IMG/VR virus record: IMGVR_UViG_3300042868_006771
Coordinates: 1 to 54,113 of that record
Source of the DNA: a virus
Taxonomy: Duplodnaviria > Caudoviricetes
Direction: 5' to 3' (one strand)
Length of the DNA: 54,113 nt
The notes below the pieces were generated by a model that did not search any database, was not told the DNA's origin, and saw nothing but the letters and a program-made list of their open reading frames with translations. The number at the start of each line of letters is the position of its first letter. Position 1 is the stretch's first letter. Positions 1 to 9,834 of this stretch are shown piece after piece. Both the position numbers and the translations under genes were made by a program.

Positions 1-2
1 GC

Positions 3-698
3 GACATCCGTGCTATGATTGTGTCAGGTCCTCCCGGAGTTGGCAAATCTTTTGGCGTGGAACAAGAGATCGAAAAAGCCACATTGTTTGACAAATTGGC
101 AGGCAAGCGCCTCCGTGCCGAAGTTGTCAAAGGTAGTGCAACACCCATTGGCTTGTACCAAACCCTGTACAAATACTCAGACGACAACTGTGTGTTGGTG
201 TTTGATGACTGTGACAGCATTTTGCTTGACGACGTGGCCTTGAACTTGCTGAAGGGTGCATTGGACTCCGGCAAGAAGCGTACCATTTCATGGTTGTCAG
301 AATCCAGTGCTCTGCGCCGCGAAGGCATTCCAGATCGTTTCGAGTTCAAAGGTAGTGTAATTTTTATTACCAACTTGAAGTTTGATGGCATGAAGTCGCA
401 AAAATTGCGTGATCACTTGGATGCATTGCAATCACGCTGTCACTATCTTGACTTGACACTTGACACCATGCGTGACAAAGTGTTGCGTATCAAGCAGATT
501 GCCAAGGACGGTGTGTTGTTCCAAGAGTATGACTTTGAACCCTGTGTGCAAGACGAGATTGTTGAGTTCATGGAAGCAAACCAAAATCGCCTGCGTGAGA
601 TGAGCTTGCGTATGGCATTGAAGATCGCAGACTTGCGCAAGAGCTTTGAAGGCAACTGGAAGCGCATGGCTGAGACTACATGCATGAAGAGTGCCTGA
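3..698 (+). CDS. AAA+ ATPase (5' end outside window)
   Basis: Walker A GPPGVGKS, Walker B VLVFDDCD, sensor-like IFITN, ALQSRC arginine finger; frame is open to the window edge. Confidence 0.8.
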   Translation, partial: DIRAMIVSGPPGVGKSFGVEQEIEKATLFDKLAGKRLRAEVVKGSATPIGLYQTLYKYSDDNCVLVFDDCDSILLDDVALNLLKGALDSGKKRTISWLSESSALRREGIPDRFEFKGSVIFITNLKFDGMKSQKLRDHLDALQSRCHYLDLTLDTMRDKVLRIKQIAKDGVLFQEYDFEPCVQDEIVEFMEANQNRLREMSLRMALKIADLRKSFEGNWKRMAETTCMKSA

Positions 699-699
699 C

Positions 700-789
700 A
701 TGGCTTGGCTTATTGTGCTACTGTTAATATTTTTAGGGCACATTGGCTTTGCATTCTTATTAGCATTTCTTATTTTGTTACTTGATTGA
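700..789 (+). CDS. 29-aa hydrophobic membrane peptide
   Basis: MAWLIVLLLIFLGHIGFAFLLAFLILLLD*, begins 1 nt after the upstream stop; not in the ORF track. Confidence 0.5.
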   Translation: MAWLIVLLLIFLGHIGFAFLLAFLILLLD

Positions 790-831
790 GTTTTACCCCG
801 GGGATTGGTTGGCTCCGCCCCGGGTTTTTAT

Positions 832-858
832 AACAGGCTCTTCGGAGCCTGTTTTTTT
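832..858 (+). terminator. Rho-independent terminator
   Basis: aacaggctc-TTCG-gagcctgtt then a T-run; a second GC hairpin lies at 797-824. Confidence 0.85.
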
Positions 859-885
859 GACTTGTGCATTGTAAGAGTATATACT
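857..885 (+). promoter_or_regulatory. sigma70-type promoter, leaderless
   Basis: TTGACT-17nt-TATACT, ATG at 891. Confidence 0.6.
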
Positions 886-890
886 GTGCT

Positions 891-1748
891 ATGTCTCAGC
901 ACCTTGTAATCAAATTAAGCCATGATCTTGAACTACGTTTTCAAATAAGATCAACCCCGTTAGCTGAACTATGGTTGGAACGTATGCATCAACGTCATGC
1001 CTGGACCATGGACAATCCAGATAGATTTTACGGATTTGGCACTGCTCAACAAGAACAACAACGTGCAGTTGACATGATTCAACAATGCATTGCCATAATC
1101 AATGCACATGATCCAATTATTGATCGAGAGTTTGAATACACACAAGATAGTCTCAATTATTTGCACAATATATTTGAACGCTACCACGGTCTACTAGATC
1201 AACAAACATCTGAATATTGGCACTCAGCACCTGACACAGTTAGACAATCATTAGCAAATTTAAATTTAGCAGTACACAGATGCGAAGCAGCCATGGCTGC
1301 ACCTTGCCCAAGGTTTGTTTGCACTTGGTTTGGTATGCCCAAGACCCAACAGTTGGATGTTGACACAATGAAAACTTATGGAGAACTTGAAGTCAAGTTT
1401 GGCACAGTATATCTCAACTACTGTGAGATTGGCAAGACTGTGGAAGACCTTGCGCAGGACAATGATATATACATAAGTGATAGTGCATTTAAGCCATTTG
1501 GTCACTACAGCGCAGATTTCAATGTGGCATTGTATGATTGGGACTTGAATCAAAAACTACCCAGCATGCAACAATACATTCAGCAACATCAAGAATTTTT
1601 TCTTGCTCACAGCATTGAAAATGTGTATAATGTACAAGCACTACCATTGCGATTTCCTGTGGCAGATTTAGAATACACTGGAACTCAACAACAACTAATA
1701 TCCCAAATAAGGTCACGACAACTTGTGCGTGAAGTAAGCATACAATGA
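891..1748 (+). CDS. hypothetical protein
   Basis: long ORF whose stop overlaps the uvsW start (ATGA). Confidence 0.75.
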   Translation: MSQHLVIKLSHDLELRFQIRSTPLAELWLERMHQRHAWTMDNPDRFYGFGTAQQEQQRAVDMIQQCIAIINAHDPIIDREFEYTQDSLNYLHNIFERYHGLLDQQTSEYWHSAPDTVRQSLANLNLAVHRCEAAMAAPCPRFVCTWFGMPKTQQLDVDTMKTYGELEVKFGTVYLNYCEIGKTVEDLAQDNDIYISDSAFKPFGHYSADFNVALYDWDLNQKLPSMQQYIQQHQEFFLAHSIENVYNVQALPLRFPVADLEYTGTQQQLISQIRSRQLVREVSIQ

Positions 1749-3214
1749 AACAATGCATCATACAGATACGTGACGAAGTAAACATCAAGATTGAAGGTCT
1801 GGACCTGGATGTTCGCAAGGCCTTGGTCAATGCATTTAAATATGAAAATCCTGCCGCACGTTATTTGCCGGCAGTGCGTTTAGGACGGTGGGATGGCAAG
1901 GTAGCATACTTCCAACTAGGTGGATCAACTTATGTGAACCTGCTGCCAGAGATCATGCCCATCTTGGAAAAGTTTGACTACGACATTGAACTAGATGATC
2001 AACGTGACTATTCGAACACATTCAATTTTGAGCAAGTGACTGAAACAAGTTTTGAACATGTGAAATGGCCCAAAGCACACCCGGCAGCAGGTGAACCCAT
2101 CATGTTGCGTGACTACCAAGTGGAGATCATCAACAACTTCTTGGCCAACCCACAGTGCATACAAGAAGTGGCCACAGGTGCAGGCAAAACAATCATGACA
2201 GCAGCCTTGAGCAATGCTGTCACACCTTATGGTCGTAGCATTGTTATTGTGCCCAACAAGAGCTTGGTCACTCAAACTGAAGCAGACTATAAGAACATGG
2301 AGCAAGATGTTGGTGTGTATTTTGGCGACCGAAAAGAATACGGACGTCAACACACAATATGCACATGGCAAAGTTTGAACAACCTGCTCAAGAACACCAA
2401 GGCCGGCATAGGCGATTGTACCATAGGTGAGTTTTTGGAAGACGTGGTATGTGTTATTGTGGACGAAGTACACATGGCCAAAGCAGATGCGCTAAAAACC
2501 TTGTTAACGGGTGTGATGGCTAGAGTGCCAATTCGCTGGGGACTGACTGGAACTGTGCCCAAGGAAAAGTTTGAAAGTCAAGCATTGCTTGTGAGTCTTG
2601 GTCCGGTAATTGGTAAACTCAGTGCCAGCGAATTACAACAACAAGGTGTGTTGGCCAACTGCCATGTGAACATTGTGCAACTGATTGATCATGTGGAGTA
2701 CAAAGATTACCAAAGCGAACTTAAATATTTACTGGAAGAATCAGGACGCTTGGATACCATGGCCGACTTGATAAACCGAGTCAATGAAACAGGCAACACA
2801 CTAGTGCTAGTAGATCGCACTGAATGTGGCAGACAACTGGTGGAGCGCCTGGGTGAGCGGGCAGTGTTTGTGTCTGGTGCAACCAAAACAAAAAACAGGC
2901 AAGCAGAATATGACGAAGTGGCCGACGCAACAGACAAAATTATTGTGGCCACATATGGCGTGGCCGCTGTTGGTATTAATATTCCTAGGATTTTTAATCT
3001 GGTTCTTGTAGAACCTGGAAAGAGTTTTGTCCGCGTTATACAAAGCATTGGACGTGGCATACGCAAAGCAGAAGACAAAGATCATGTTCAAATCTGGGAC
3101 ATAACATCAACTTGCAAGTTTGCCAAGCGCCATTTGACCAAGCGCAAACAGTTTTACAAAGAAGCCAACTATCCCTTTACACAAGAGAAACTGGACTGGA
3201 TGAAATTAGGTTGA
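1745..3214 (+). CDS. uvsW: UvsW-like SF2 DNA helicase
   Basis: LRDYQ, ATGAGKT, DEVH, GLTGT, QSIGRGIR motifs; N-terminal WDGK typical of UvsW. Confidence 0.9.
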   Translation: MKQCIIQIRDEVNIKIEGLDLDVRKALVNAFKYENPAARYLPAVRLGRWDGKVAYFQLGGSTYVNLLPEIMPILEKFDYDIELDDQRDYSNTFNFEQVTETSFEHVKWPKAHPAAGEPIMLRDYQVEIINNFLANPQCIQEVATGAGKTIMTAALSNAVTPYGRSIVIVPNKSLVTQTEADYKNMEQDVGVYFGDRKEYGRQHTICTWQSLNNLLKNTKAGIGDCTIGEFLEDVVCVIVDEVHMAKADALKTLLTGVMARVPIRWGLTGTVPKEKFESQALLVSLGPVIGKLSASELQQQGVLANCHVNIVQLIDHVEYKDYQSELKYLLEESGRLDTMADLINRVNETGNTLVLVDRTECGRQLVERLGERAVFVSGATKTKNRQAEYDEVADATDKIIVATYGVAAVGINIPRIFNLVLVEPGKSFVRVIQSIGRGIRKAEDKDHVQIWDITSTCKFAKRHLTKRKQFYKEANYPFTQEKLDWMKLG

Positions 3215-3239
3215 CTTTTGTCACACAAACCTGTATTAT
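3211..3239 (+). promoter_or_regulatory. sigma70-type promoter, leaderless
   Basis: TTGACT-17nt-TATTAT, ATG at 3246. Confidence 0.6.
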
Positions 3240-3245
3240 AACAAC

Positions 3246-3746
3246 ATGCGAATACTAACACTTGACAACATCCATTACGACCTAGATCATTTGCCTGAAG
3301 AAGTAGATGACATGAGGTTTGCCATACTAGACAATTCAAATCCACAAGAGCCAGACTATCATTTCATTCCACTTATCTTTTTAGAAAGTTTCAATGCACC
3401 CGCCTTGGTATTGCGTATTGGAGAGAACACCATAAAGATGCCCATGGACTGGCAAATACTCATTGGCGAACCTGAAGTAGGTGACTTGGAAGTATTGCCC
3501 TTGACATCAATCAATGATCGTGGTTTTAGAGTGTTCCAGTTTAACCCACTCACAAGTTTCCGTCCGTCATTCCCGGATATTGAAATTTTAGATGTTTATC
3601 ATGAAGTGTCATGGTATGCACCCAAGCTAAAGAATGGGCAGTTGTTGGCCGTTCCATTAAACGATGATCCTGATCCTGACTGCGTGTACTTTGTGAAAGA
3701 CATCAGTCGCAACTGTGAGATAGTAGACTACAACAAAAGTTGGTAA
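3246..3746 (+). CDS. hypothetical protein
   Basis: 166-aa ORF directly after the promoter. Confidence 0.75.
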   Translation: MRILTLDNIHYDLDHLPEEVDDMRFAILDNSNPQEPDYHFIPLIFLESFNAPALVLRIGENTIKMPMDWQILIGEPEVGDLEVLPLTSINDRGFRVFQFNPLTSFRPSFPDIEILDVYHEVSWYAPKLKNGQLLAVPLNDDPDPDCVYFVKDISRNCEIVDYNKSW

Positions 3747-3747
3747 C

Positions 3748-3894
3748 ATGCCCTACACTGAACCACAACTGTTTGAAAACTTGACTCGCATGGTAAAAAT
3801 TTACCTGGAAAGTTATCCTGAAGATCAGGAAGGCTTGGAACGATTTCTGCGCTGGGCACACACTCAATATGGCTACCGGTATGGGAACTCTTAA
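3748..3894 (+). CDS. 48-aa hypothetical protein
   Basis: MPYTEPQLFENLTRMVKIYLESYPEDQEGLERFLRWAHTQYGYRYGNS*, fills the gap between neighbours. Confidence 0.6.
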   Translation: MPYTEPQLFENLTRMVKIYLESYPEDQEGLERFLRWAHTQYGYRYGNS

Positions 3895-4180
3895 ACCCGG
3901 CGCCACCTACATCTACGAACGCAACGGCAATGAAGTGTATGCCCGTGAGTCAGGTGCTGACCCCAGCACAAGAGAACTAATGGGCTATGCATATGATCCA
4001 GTAAACGGACATCACATTGATTATGACAGCAGAACATCAGATGGTAGGCCCTTGTTTGATCACCTCCAGGAAAGTAAGATGTGGGGCGAAATTCGGCGCC
4101 TGGCCAAGACCAATCCTGCTTTACAAGATGCCTTGGAACGTGTTATAATGATATACAAGTTGATCAAGGTAGAAAAGTGA
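3881..4180 (+). CDS. hypothetical protein
   Basis: ORF in a tightly packed operon. Confidence 0.7.
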   Translation: MGTLKPGATYIYERNGNEVYARESGADPSTRELMGYAYDPVNGHHIDYDSRTSDGRPLFDHLQESKMWGEIRRLAKTNPALQDALERVIMIYKLIKVEK

Positions 4181-4629
4181 GCGACAAACTAAACATTGCC
4201 AATGAAATGCGACAACTGGATCGCAAAAACAGAAACTTCTATCACGAACTCACAGATGAAGAACGCAAGAAGTTTTCAAACTATCTCATGATTCGTTGGG
4301 CCAGTTGTGTAGAAGGTTCACGGGACCTACAAGAGTTTTACTTGATTTCCACCAACGAACGATTGAACAAACACTTCTTCAACATCAGTCGACACCCTGA
4401 ACTGCAATGGCTGTGTGCCACAACAGTAAGTCCAAACATGGGCACACCCAGACACAACTGGATCTCACCCAAGAAAAAAGAAACAGGTGCAGGCGCCAGC
4501 AGTATCAAAAAACAACTGGCTGAGTTGTTTCCCACATACAAAGAAGATGAAATAGCCATGCTGGCCTCAATGACCACCAAGAAAGAACTTGATCAATACA
4601 TCCGAGACCATGGCCGAGACACTAAGTGA
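4177..4629 (+). CDS. putative clamp-loader small subunit (gp62-like)
   Basis: GTG start overlapping the upstream stop; size and YLMIRW...NE...H...LQW...W..KK pattern recall T4-like gp62. Confidence 0.5.
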   Translation: MSDKLNIANEMRQLDRKNRNFYHELTDEERKKFSNYLMIRWASCVEGSRDLQEFYLISTNERLNKHFFNISRHPELQWLCATTVSPNMGTPRHNWISPKKKETGAGASSIKKQLAELFPTYKEDEIAMLASMTTKKELDQYIRDHGRDTK

Positions 4630-5299
4630 ACTCACTTGCGGCTACTGCAAGAAAACATTTCGTCGTGCAGAAAGTCTTGTGGTGCATTTGTGTGAGCCCA
4701 AACGCCGCAGACAAGAACGCAGTGAACGTGGTGTTGAACTGGGCTTTCAATCCTACTTGCGGTTCTATGAGATTGCACAAGGTTCGGCAAAGCTCAAAAC
4801 ATTTGATGACTTTGCGGACTCACCATACTACCGGGCCTTTGTAAAATTTGGCAGATACTGTGTAGGCACAAAGGCAATCAATCCCAGACAGTTCACAGAG
4901 TGGTTGCTCAAACACAACAAAAAGATTGACAACTGGGGCAGTGACAAAATCTATACTGAGTACCTGTTGGACTATTTGAAAGTGGAAGCAGTGGCAGACG
5001 CACTTGCACGAGCAGTGGAGTTTGGCATAGACTGGAGTGAGACTCACTCAGCACCCGCCAATGATTGTTTGCGTTATGGCAGCACACATGCCATGTGTTA
5101 TGCTGTCACAACAGGGCGCATCAGTCCTTGGGTGATTTACAATTGTGAGTCGGGACAAAAGTTCCTGGGCGAACTCACCGCCGACCAAGTGGCCATGATA
5201 TGGCCTTACATAGATAGTGACATATGGCAAAAGAAATTCGCAGACTATGCCGCAGATGCAGAATACGCTCGAGAAATATTGAAACAAGCAGGATGGTGA
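4610..5299 (+). CDS. C2H-type zinc-finger protein
   Basis: N-terminal CGYCKKTF...HLC. Confidence 0.65.
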   Translation: MAETLSELTCGYCKKTFRRAESLVVHLCEPKRRRQERSERGVELGFQSYLRFYEIAQGSAKLKTFDDFADSPYYRAFVKFGRYCVGTKAINPRQFTEWLLKHNKKIDNWGSDKIYTEYLLDYLKVEAVADALARAVEFGIDWSETHSAPANDCLRYGSTHAMCYAVTTGRISPWVIYNCESGQKFLGELTADQVAMIWPYIDSDIWQKKFADYAADAEYAREILKQAGW

Positions 5300-5300
5300 T

Positions 5301-5642
5301 ATGATCACAAACATTTATTCAACTAATTCATTTGTCACAGCACACAGCACAGTCGGCGGCACTTACATCAATCCTGGTAGTCCCAGTTCGGGTATGCTTA
5401 GATATTACAACAATCAAACGCAGGTATACGATGGGTCATCGTGGTTGCCCCTAGGTGGTACTGCCGCTGTGGGCTTGAGTCCAGAAGCTGAAGAAATCAT
5501 GAACTGGGCACGTAAAAAAATGCAGGAAGAAGCAGAAGCACGGCGTATGGCTGAACAGTATCCTGCTGTGGCAGATGCCTTGAACGCAGTATGGGAATCT
5601 GAACAACAATTAAAAACCATTGTGGCATTGTGTAGAACATGA
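5301..5642 (+). CDS. hypothetical protein
   Basis: ORF coupled to neighbours. Confidence 0.7.
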   Translation: MITNIYSTNSFVTAHSTVGGTYINPGSPSSGMLRYYNNQTQVYDGSSWLPLGGTAAVGLSPEAEEIMNWARKKMQEEAEARRMAEQYPAVADALNAVWESEQQLKTIVALCRT

Positions 5643-6199
5643 GTGCAGACATTGACATTGACTGCCCAGATCGATCTAAGATCCTAGAACTGATTCGTCA
5701 CACACCTGCTAGACAAGTTGTGGATGGAAAGCCGCGTAAACATAACTCGGGTATCTACATCACAGACATTCCGCAAGATCCTGAACATGGCTGTGCTGCC
5801 ATCGATTACGAAACAGCAGAACAGCGTGGCTACTTCAAAATTGACCTGTTGAACATGAGTGTGTATCAGTTGATCCAAGATCCCGCACACTACGAAACCA
5901 TGTTGTCAGCCGCACCTCCATGGTCACGACTGTGGACAGACAGACCCTGGGCCAGTCAGTTGGTACACGTGGGCAACTATGTGGATTTGTTGGCAGCAAT
6001 GCAGCCCGACTCCATACCCAGGATGGCTGCTTTCATCTCAATTATCAGACCAGGCAAAGCACACCTACAGCGACGGCCCTGGGACGAAGTGTTTGCGTCA
6101 GTGTGGGATGGGGATGAATCGCGTGGATATACGTTCAAGAAGAGCCATTCTATTTCCTATGCAGCCTTGGTGGCGTTACATATGAATCTCTTAAACTGA
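5639..6199 (+). CDS. miniature DNA polymerase III alpha (DnaE)-like catalytic fragment
   Basis: DIDID, KHNSG, FKIDLL, IRPG, YTFKKSH..SYA occur in DnaE order within 186 aa. Confidence 0.8.
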   Translation: MSADIDIDCPDRSKILELIRHTPARQVVDGKPRKHNSGIYITDIPQDPEHGCAAIDYETAEQRGYFKIDLLNMSVYQLIQDPAHYETMLSAAPPWSRLWTDRPWASQLVHVGNYVDLLAAMQPDSIPRMAAFISIIRPGKAHLQRRPWDEVFASVWDGDESRGYTFKKSHSISYAALVALHMNLLN

Positions 6200-6577
6200 T
6201 CAGTCTATTCTTCTCACCAAAGTAATGCTCTTTCTTTTGCTCTTTTTGCGAGCTATGTCTATCAAACTGCACACAGGGCCATGTAGTATTTCTAGATCTT
6301 TGTTGGAGAATGTGCGCAGGGTCGAACGAAACTTTTCCCAGTCCCCACGCAGGAATATGTTGATGGGTATGCTACGATTGCTTTCCCACCACCAAGTGTT
6401 GGCCAGTTCCAAAAACTGTAATTTGTCTTGTTGCGTGAGCACAGTACCAAAGTCGTAGATGGTTGTAACAGCGTCATCCTTGTTTTGCACAATACCCACG
6501 TATTCTTGATTGGCATATACACACAAGGTAATGAACGGATATTTTTCTGCTAGTTTCTCAAAAATATTGTTTCCCAT
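6200..6577 (-). CDS. hypothetical protein
   Basis: 125-aa ORF preceded by TAAATA (6588-6593, minus strand). Confidence 0.7.
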   Translation of the reverse strand: MGNNIFEKLAEKYPFITLCVYANQEYVGIVQNKDDAVTTIYDFGTVLTQQDKLQFLELANTWWWESNRSIPINIFLRGDWEKFRSTLRTFSNKDLEILHGPVCSLIDIARKKSKRKSITLVRRID

Positions 6578-6637
6578 AATACGAGAATATTTATGTATTA
6601 GTTTGACCGCTTACCAAAATCATTAAATATTATTATC

Positions 6638-7726
6638 ATGCAAATTACCATAGACACCCGGTCAGTTGAGGTCAAAAACTTTATTACACGCTATCGCGCC
6701 TGGCATACCAGCAAGTTATTTGTAGATCGAACTCGAACACCCGTTATTGATTTTACTGAACAAGGATATAGGATTCCTTGTTTTAAGGACCGAGATATCG
6801 AACAAATCAATGCCTGTCAGTGTCCAATTGTTATGATTGATTCTCTCAACGAAGGCCTGCACTATATTTCTGTATACAACAATTACGATAAAAACAAACA
6901 CTATCTACTGTTTGTTCCGTGGTTTGATCAGACTGAAATCAAGCTACCCATCAATTATACCCCAATTTGGTATTCTCATTTGTTGTTTGATCTATTAGAA
7001 GATTATGTTGACCCAAAGTCTTGGTATTATTACATAAACAGAACATATACATTTGACTACCCCAAACCCTGTTTGTCAACCACCATTGCCGGACATAGAG
7101 GTGAGAGAGAAATAATTAAAAATACCCTGGTTGACAACTTAGAAAAAGACAGTTTTATTTTTAGGTATAATGGTCAAGATTATGGTAGAAGCATCGATGC
7201 AACCGACGTAATAGACACTTCCAGTGCTGATTTCTCTGCTGAAAGACTGCCACAAATATTTGAATCAAAGTTTGCTCATATACGAAAAGAGCCTGGTTTT
7301 GTTTATTGGAAACTAATTAGCATGGCAGCACATAACATGAGTTATTTCAACTTAGTGTTAGAAAGTGATGTAACAATAGATGTGTTTTTTATGACAGAAA
7401 AAACCATAAAACCTTTGTTGATTGGGCAACCATTTGTGATATACGGTAGTAAGGGATTTTTACAGCACGTAAAAAATCTAGGGTTTTGTACCTTTGACAC
7501 GCTATGGGACGAAAGCTATGACCAAGAGCCTGACTACAAAAACCGTGCTGTAATGGTTGCTGAGTTGTGTATCAAGTTAAAAGATTTTGATTGGGTCGGT
7601 AACCGTGATCAACTTCAGGCAATCTGCATGAAAAATCAGATACACATTCACAACTTGAGTGCTGTGGCCCAACAAGAATTTACAGATTTTGAGGCCACAA
7701 TACAAGCACTGTGCCTCGATAAATAG
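6638..7726 (+). CDS. putative glycosyltransferase-like protein (GT10-like TEK motif)
   Basis: LVLE...FMTEKTIKP...GQPF...GF.TF...DESYD; AT-rich; paralog of 49414-50616. Confidence 0.5.
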   Translation: MQITIDTRSVEVKNFITRYRAWHTSKLFVDRTRTPVIDFTEQGYRIPCFKDRDIEQINACQCPIVMIDSLNEGLHYISVYNNYDKNKHYLLFVPWFDQTEIKLPINYTPIWYSHLLFDLLEDYVDPKSWYYYINRTYTFDYPKPCLSTTIAGHRGEREIIKNTLVDNLEKDSFIFRYNGQDYGRSIDATDVIDTSSADFSAERLPQIFESKFAHIRKEPGFVYWKLISMAAHNMSYFNLVLESDVTIDVFFMTEKTIKPLLIGQPFVIYGSKGFLQHVKNLGFCTFDTLWDESYDQEPDYKNRAVMVAELCIKLKDFDWVGNRDQLQAICMKNQIHIHNLSAVAQQEFTDFEATIQALCLDK

Positions 7727-7729
7727 AAC

Positions 7730-8809
7730 ATGTATTCAACTACTGTCTATATCTATCAACAAATCATTCGGGTACTTTTGATTGACACCAGTGGTGGATA
7801 CTTTACTGCGAGGTACGACCCAGTGTACGCAAAAACTTTAACTGTTAACAAAGGTGTAGACAACGTGCTGTTGTTTGAATTCATCAATCAAGACCAAAAA
7901 CCTGTGAACATCACGGGCAGCACATTTCGATTCAGACTGTTGAACCAAACTGGTGATGAATTACTGATCGAAAAAGACATGACTGTGCTCAGTGCCAGTT
8001 TAGGCCGAGTCAAAGTTGTACTGGACACAGCAGACACCATCAATATCCTGGCACAACCCGGCAGTTACAGCATTGAGCGAACACAAGGCAATTACGTACA
8101 AGCCGCATTTACAGACGACAATGCTGGCGCTAGGGCCGACTGTGACATTGTGGACAGTGTGCTGCCCGAGTTCATTGCCAGCCAACCTGTGACTATTCCC
8201 ACGATAAATGGCAAAAATTCGTGGCCACAGCCTGGACCAAGTTCTTACCCAGACTGGGCATTGAACCCACAGCCACTGTCACGCAATTATCTTACAGAAT
8301 ACTACTCAAGTTATATCAACACCACAGGTGCCAGTTTGACCACAATCAAGTATGATCTGGATCATTACACCGGTACACTCAAAGTACAGGCAGCACAGGA
8401 TTACGAAGCTGTCTGGGTAGATGTCACAGAAAGCCGCGAGTATTTTGACGAGTCTGGTACCTTTTACATCAATGTTGTGGGCTTTCATCCCTTGTTAAGA
8501 CTGGCCATCAACAACAGCCAAGGCTATGGTGCAAGTGCAACTGCCACAGTGGTTGATGGAGTTGTAACTGGCATTGCTGTGAACAACGCTGGTTTGGGGT
8601 ACATGGCTGCACCATATGTTCAAATCTTGGGCAACGGTGCTGGTGCCACTGCTGTTGCTGCACCATTCACAGGTCCCAGCGGCATTGGACAAATCACTGT
8701 GACAAACGGCGGATCAGGTTATTTGCCACTTAACTTTGGTGGCACCGAAGCACAGGCTGTTACAGTGTTGATCACAACTGGCTACGTTACCAATATCTTT
8801 TATCGTTAA
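7730..8809 (+). CDS. virion structural protein (baseplate/fibre-associated)
   Basis: TAAATA at 7720; beta-rich; C-terminal GA.ATA...ITVTNGGSGY repeats typical of phage structural proteins. Confidence 0.6.
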   Translation: MYSTTVYIYQQIIRVLLIDTSGGYFTARYDPVYAKTLTVNKGVDNVLLFEFINQDQKPVNITGSTFRFRLLNQTGDELLIEKDMTVLSASLGRVKVVLDTADTINILAQPGSYSIERTQGNYVQAAFTDDNAGARADCDIVDSVLPEFIASQPVTIPTINGKNSWPQPGPSSYPDWALNPQPLSRNYLTEYYSSYINTTGASLTTIKYDLDHYTGTLKVQAAQDYEAVWVDVTESREYFDESGTFYINVVGFHPLLRLAINNSQGYGASATATVVDGVVTGIAVNNAGLGYMAAPYVQILGNGAGATAVAAPFTGPSGIGQITVTNGGSGYLPLNFGGTEAQAVTVLITTGYVTNIFYR

Positions 8810-8812
8810 GCA

Positions 8813-8841
8813 TTGCATTTGCTTGATAAATCTGTTACAAT
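8813..8841 (+). promoter_or_regulatory. sigma70-type promoter, leaderless
   Basis: TTGCAT-17nt-TACAAT, ATG at 8848. Confidence 0.55.
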
Positions 8842-8847
8842 CAACAG

Positions 8848-9834
8848 ATGCTTGATATCCTTGCTTATCTACCTGCAAAAAAGAAACAGACACCTAGTGG
8901 CTGGTTGAGTTTCAATGCAGTGTGTTGTCAGCACAATGGAAGCACACAGGATCGACGAGGACGTGGTGGACTCAAAGCCACTGAGGCGGGCTGGAGTTAT
9001 CACTGTTTCAATTGCGCATACACAGCCAGTTTCATATTAGGTCGTACTGTAAGTTACAAGGCTCGAAAACTCCTGGGCTGGATGAATGTTCCCGAAGTAG
9101 AAATAGAGATGTTGAATCTTGAAAGTCTGCGGCATCGAAGCATCAATGGCATTTTAGAAGATCGGCAACAAATGTGGAACACACTGAGTGGTGTGTCGTT
9201 TAAAGAAAGAGACTTGCCACCTTTTGCTGAACTGCTGACACCCGAACACAAGTTCTATTGGGACTACGTGCGTGGCAGACATGTGCCAGAAGACTTTCCG
9301 GTCATGGTGCAGATACAAAATGATGGAATACACTGGACAAGATTGCATGTGGTCATACCATTCACCTACGACAACAAGATTGTGGGATACACCTGTAGAT
9401 TTTTAGATGACAAACAACCCAAGTTCATCAGTGACAGTCAACCGGGTTATGTGTTTGGGGTAGACTTACAGCACTCAGATTGGCAACATGTCATAGTCAC
9501 AGAAGGCATATTTGATGCACTCAGCATAGGTGGTGTAGCAGTGATGCACAATACCATAAGTGATGCACAAGTTAGATTGATACGCAGTTTAGACAAACAG
9601 ATAACAGTGGTGCCGGATCAAGATCAGGCAGGCGTTGAACTCGTTGATCGCGCACTGGAACTGGGCTGGGCAGTGAGCATACCTGATTGGCCCAACGGCT
9701 GCAAAGATGTTAATGATGCTGTGATAAAGTTGGGCCGATTAGGAGCCCTACTAACTATAATGCAATCGCGAGAGACCAGTAGAATTAAAATTGAACTAAG
9801 GAAAAAAGCACTTGTTAAAAGAATACGGACTTGA
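8848..9834 (+). CDS. DNA primase
   Basis: Zn-binding CC..H/YHCFNC; TOPRIM VTEGIFDA, PDQDQAG, KDVND. Confidence 0.9.
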   Translation: MLDILAYLPAKKKQTPSGWLSFNAVCCQHNGSTQDRRGRGGLKATEAGWSYHCFNCAYTASFILGRTVSYKARKLLGWMNVPEVEIEMLNLESLRHRSINGILEDRQQMWNTLSGVSFKERDLPPFAELLTPEHKFYWDYVRGRHVPEDFPVMVQIQNDGIHWTRLHVVIPFTYDNKIVGYTCRFLDDKQPKFISDSQPGYVFGVDLQHSDWQHVIVTEGIFDALSIGGVAVMHNTISDAQVRLIRSLDKQITVVPDQDQAGVELVDRALELGWAVSIPDWPNGCKDVNDAVIKLGRLGALLTIMQSRETSRIKIELRKKALVKRIRT

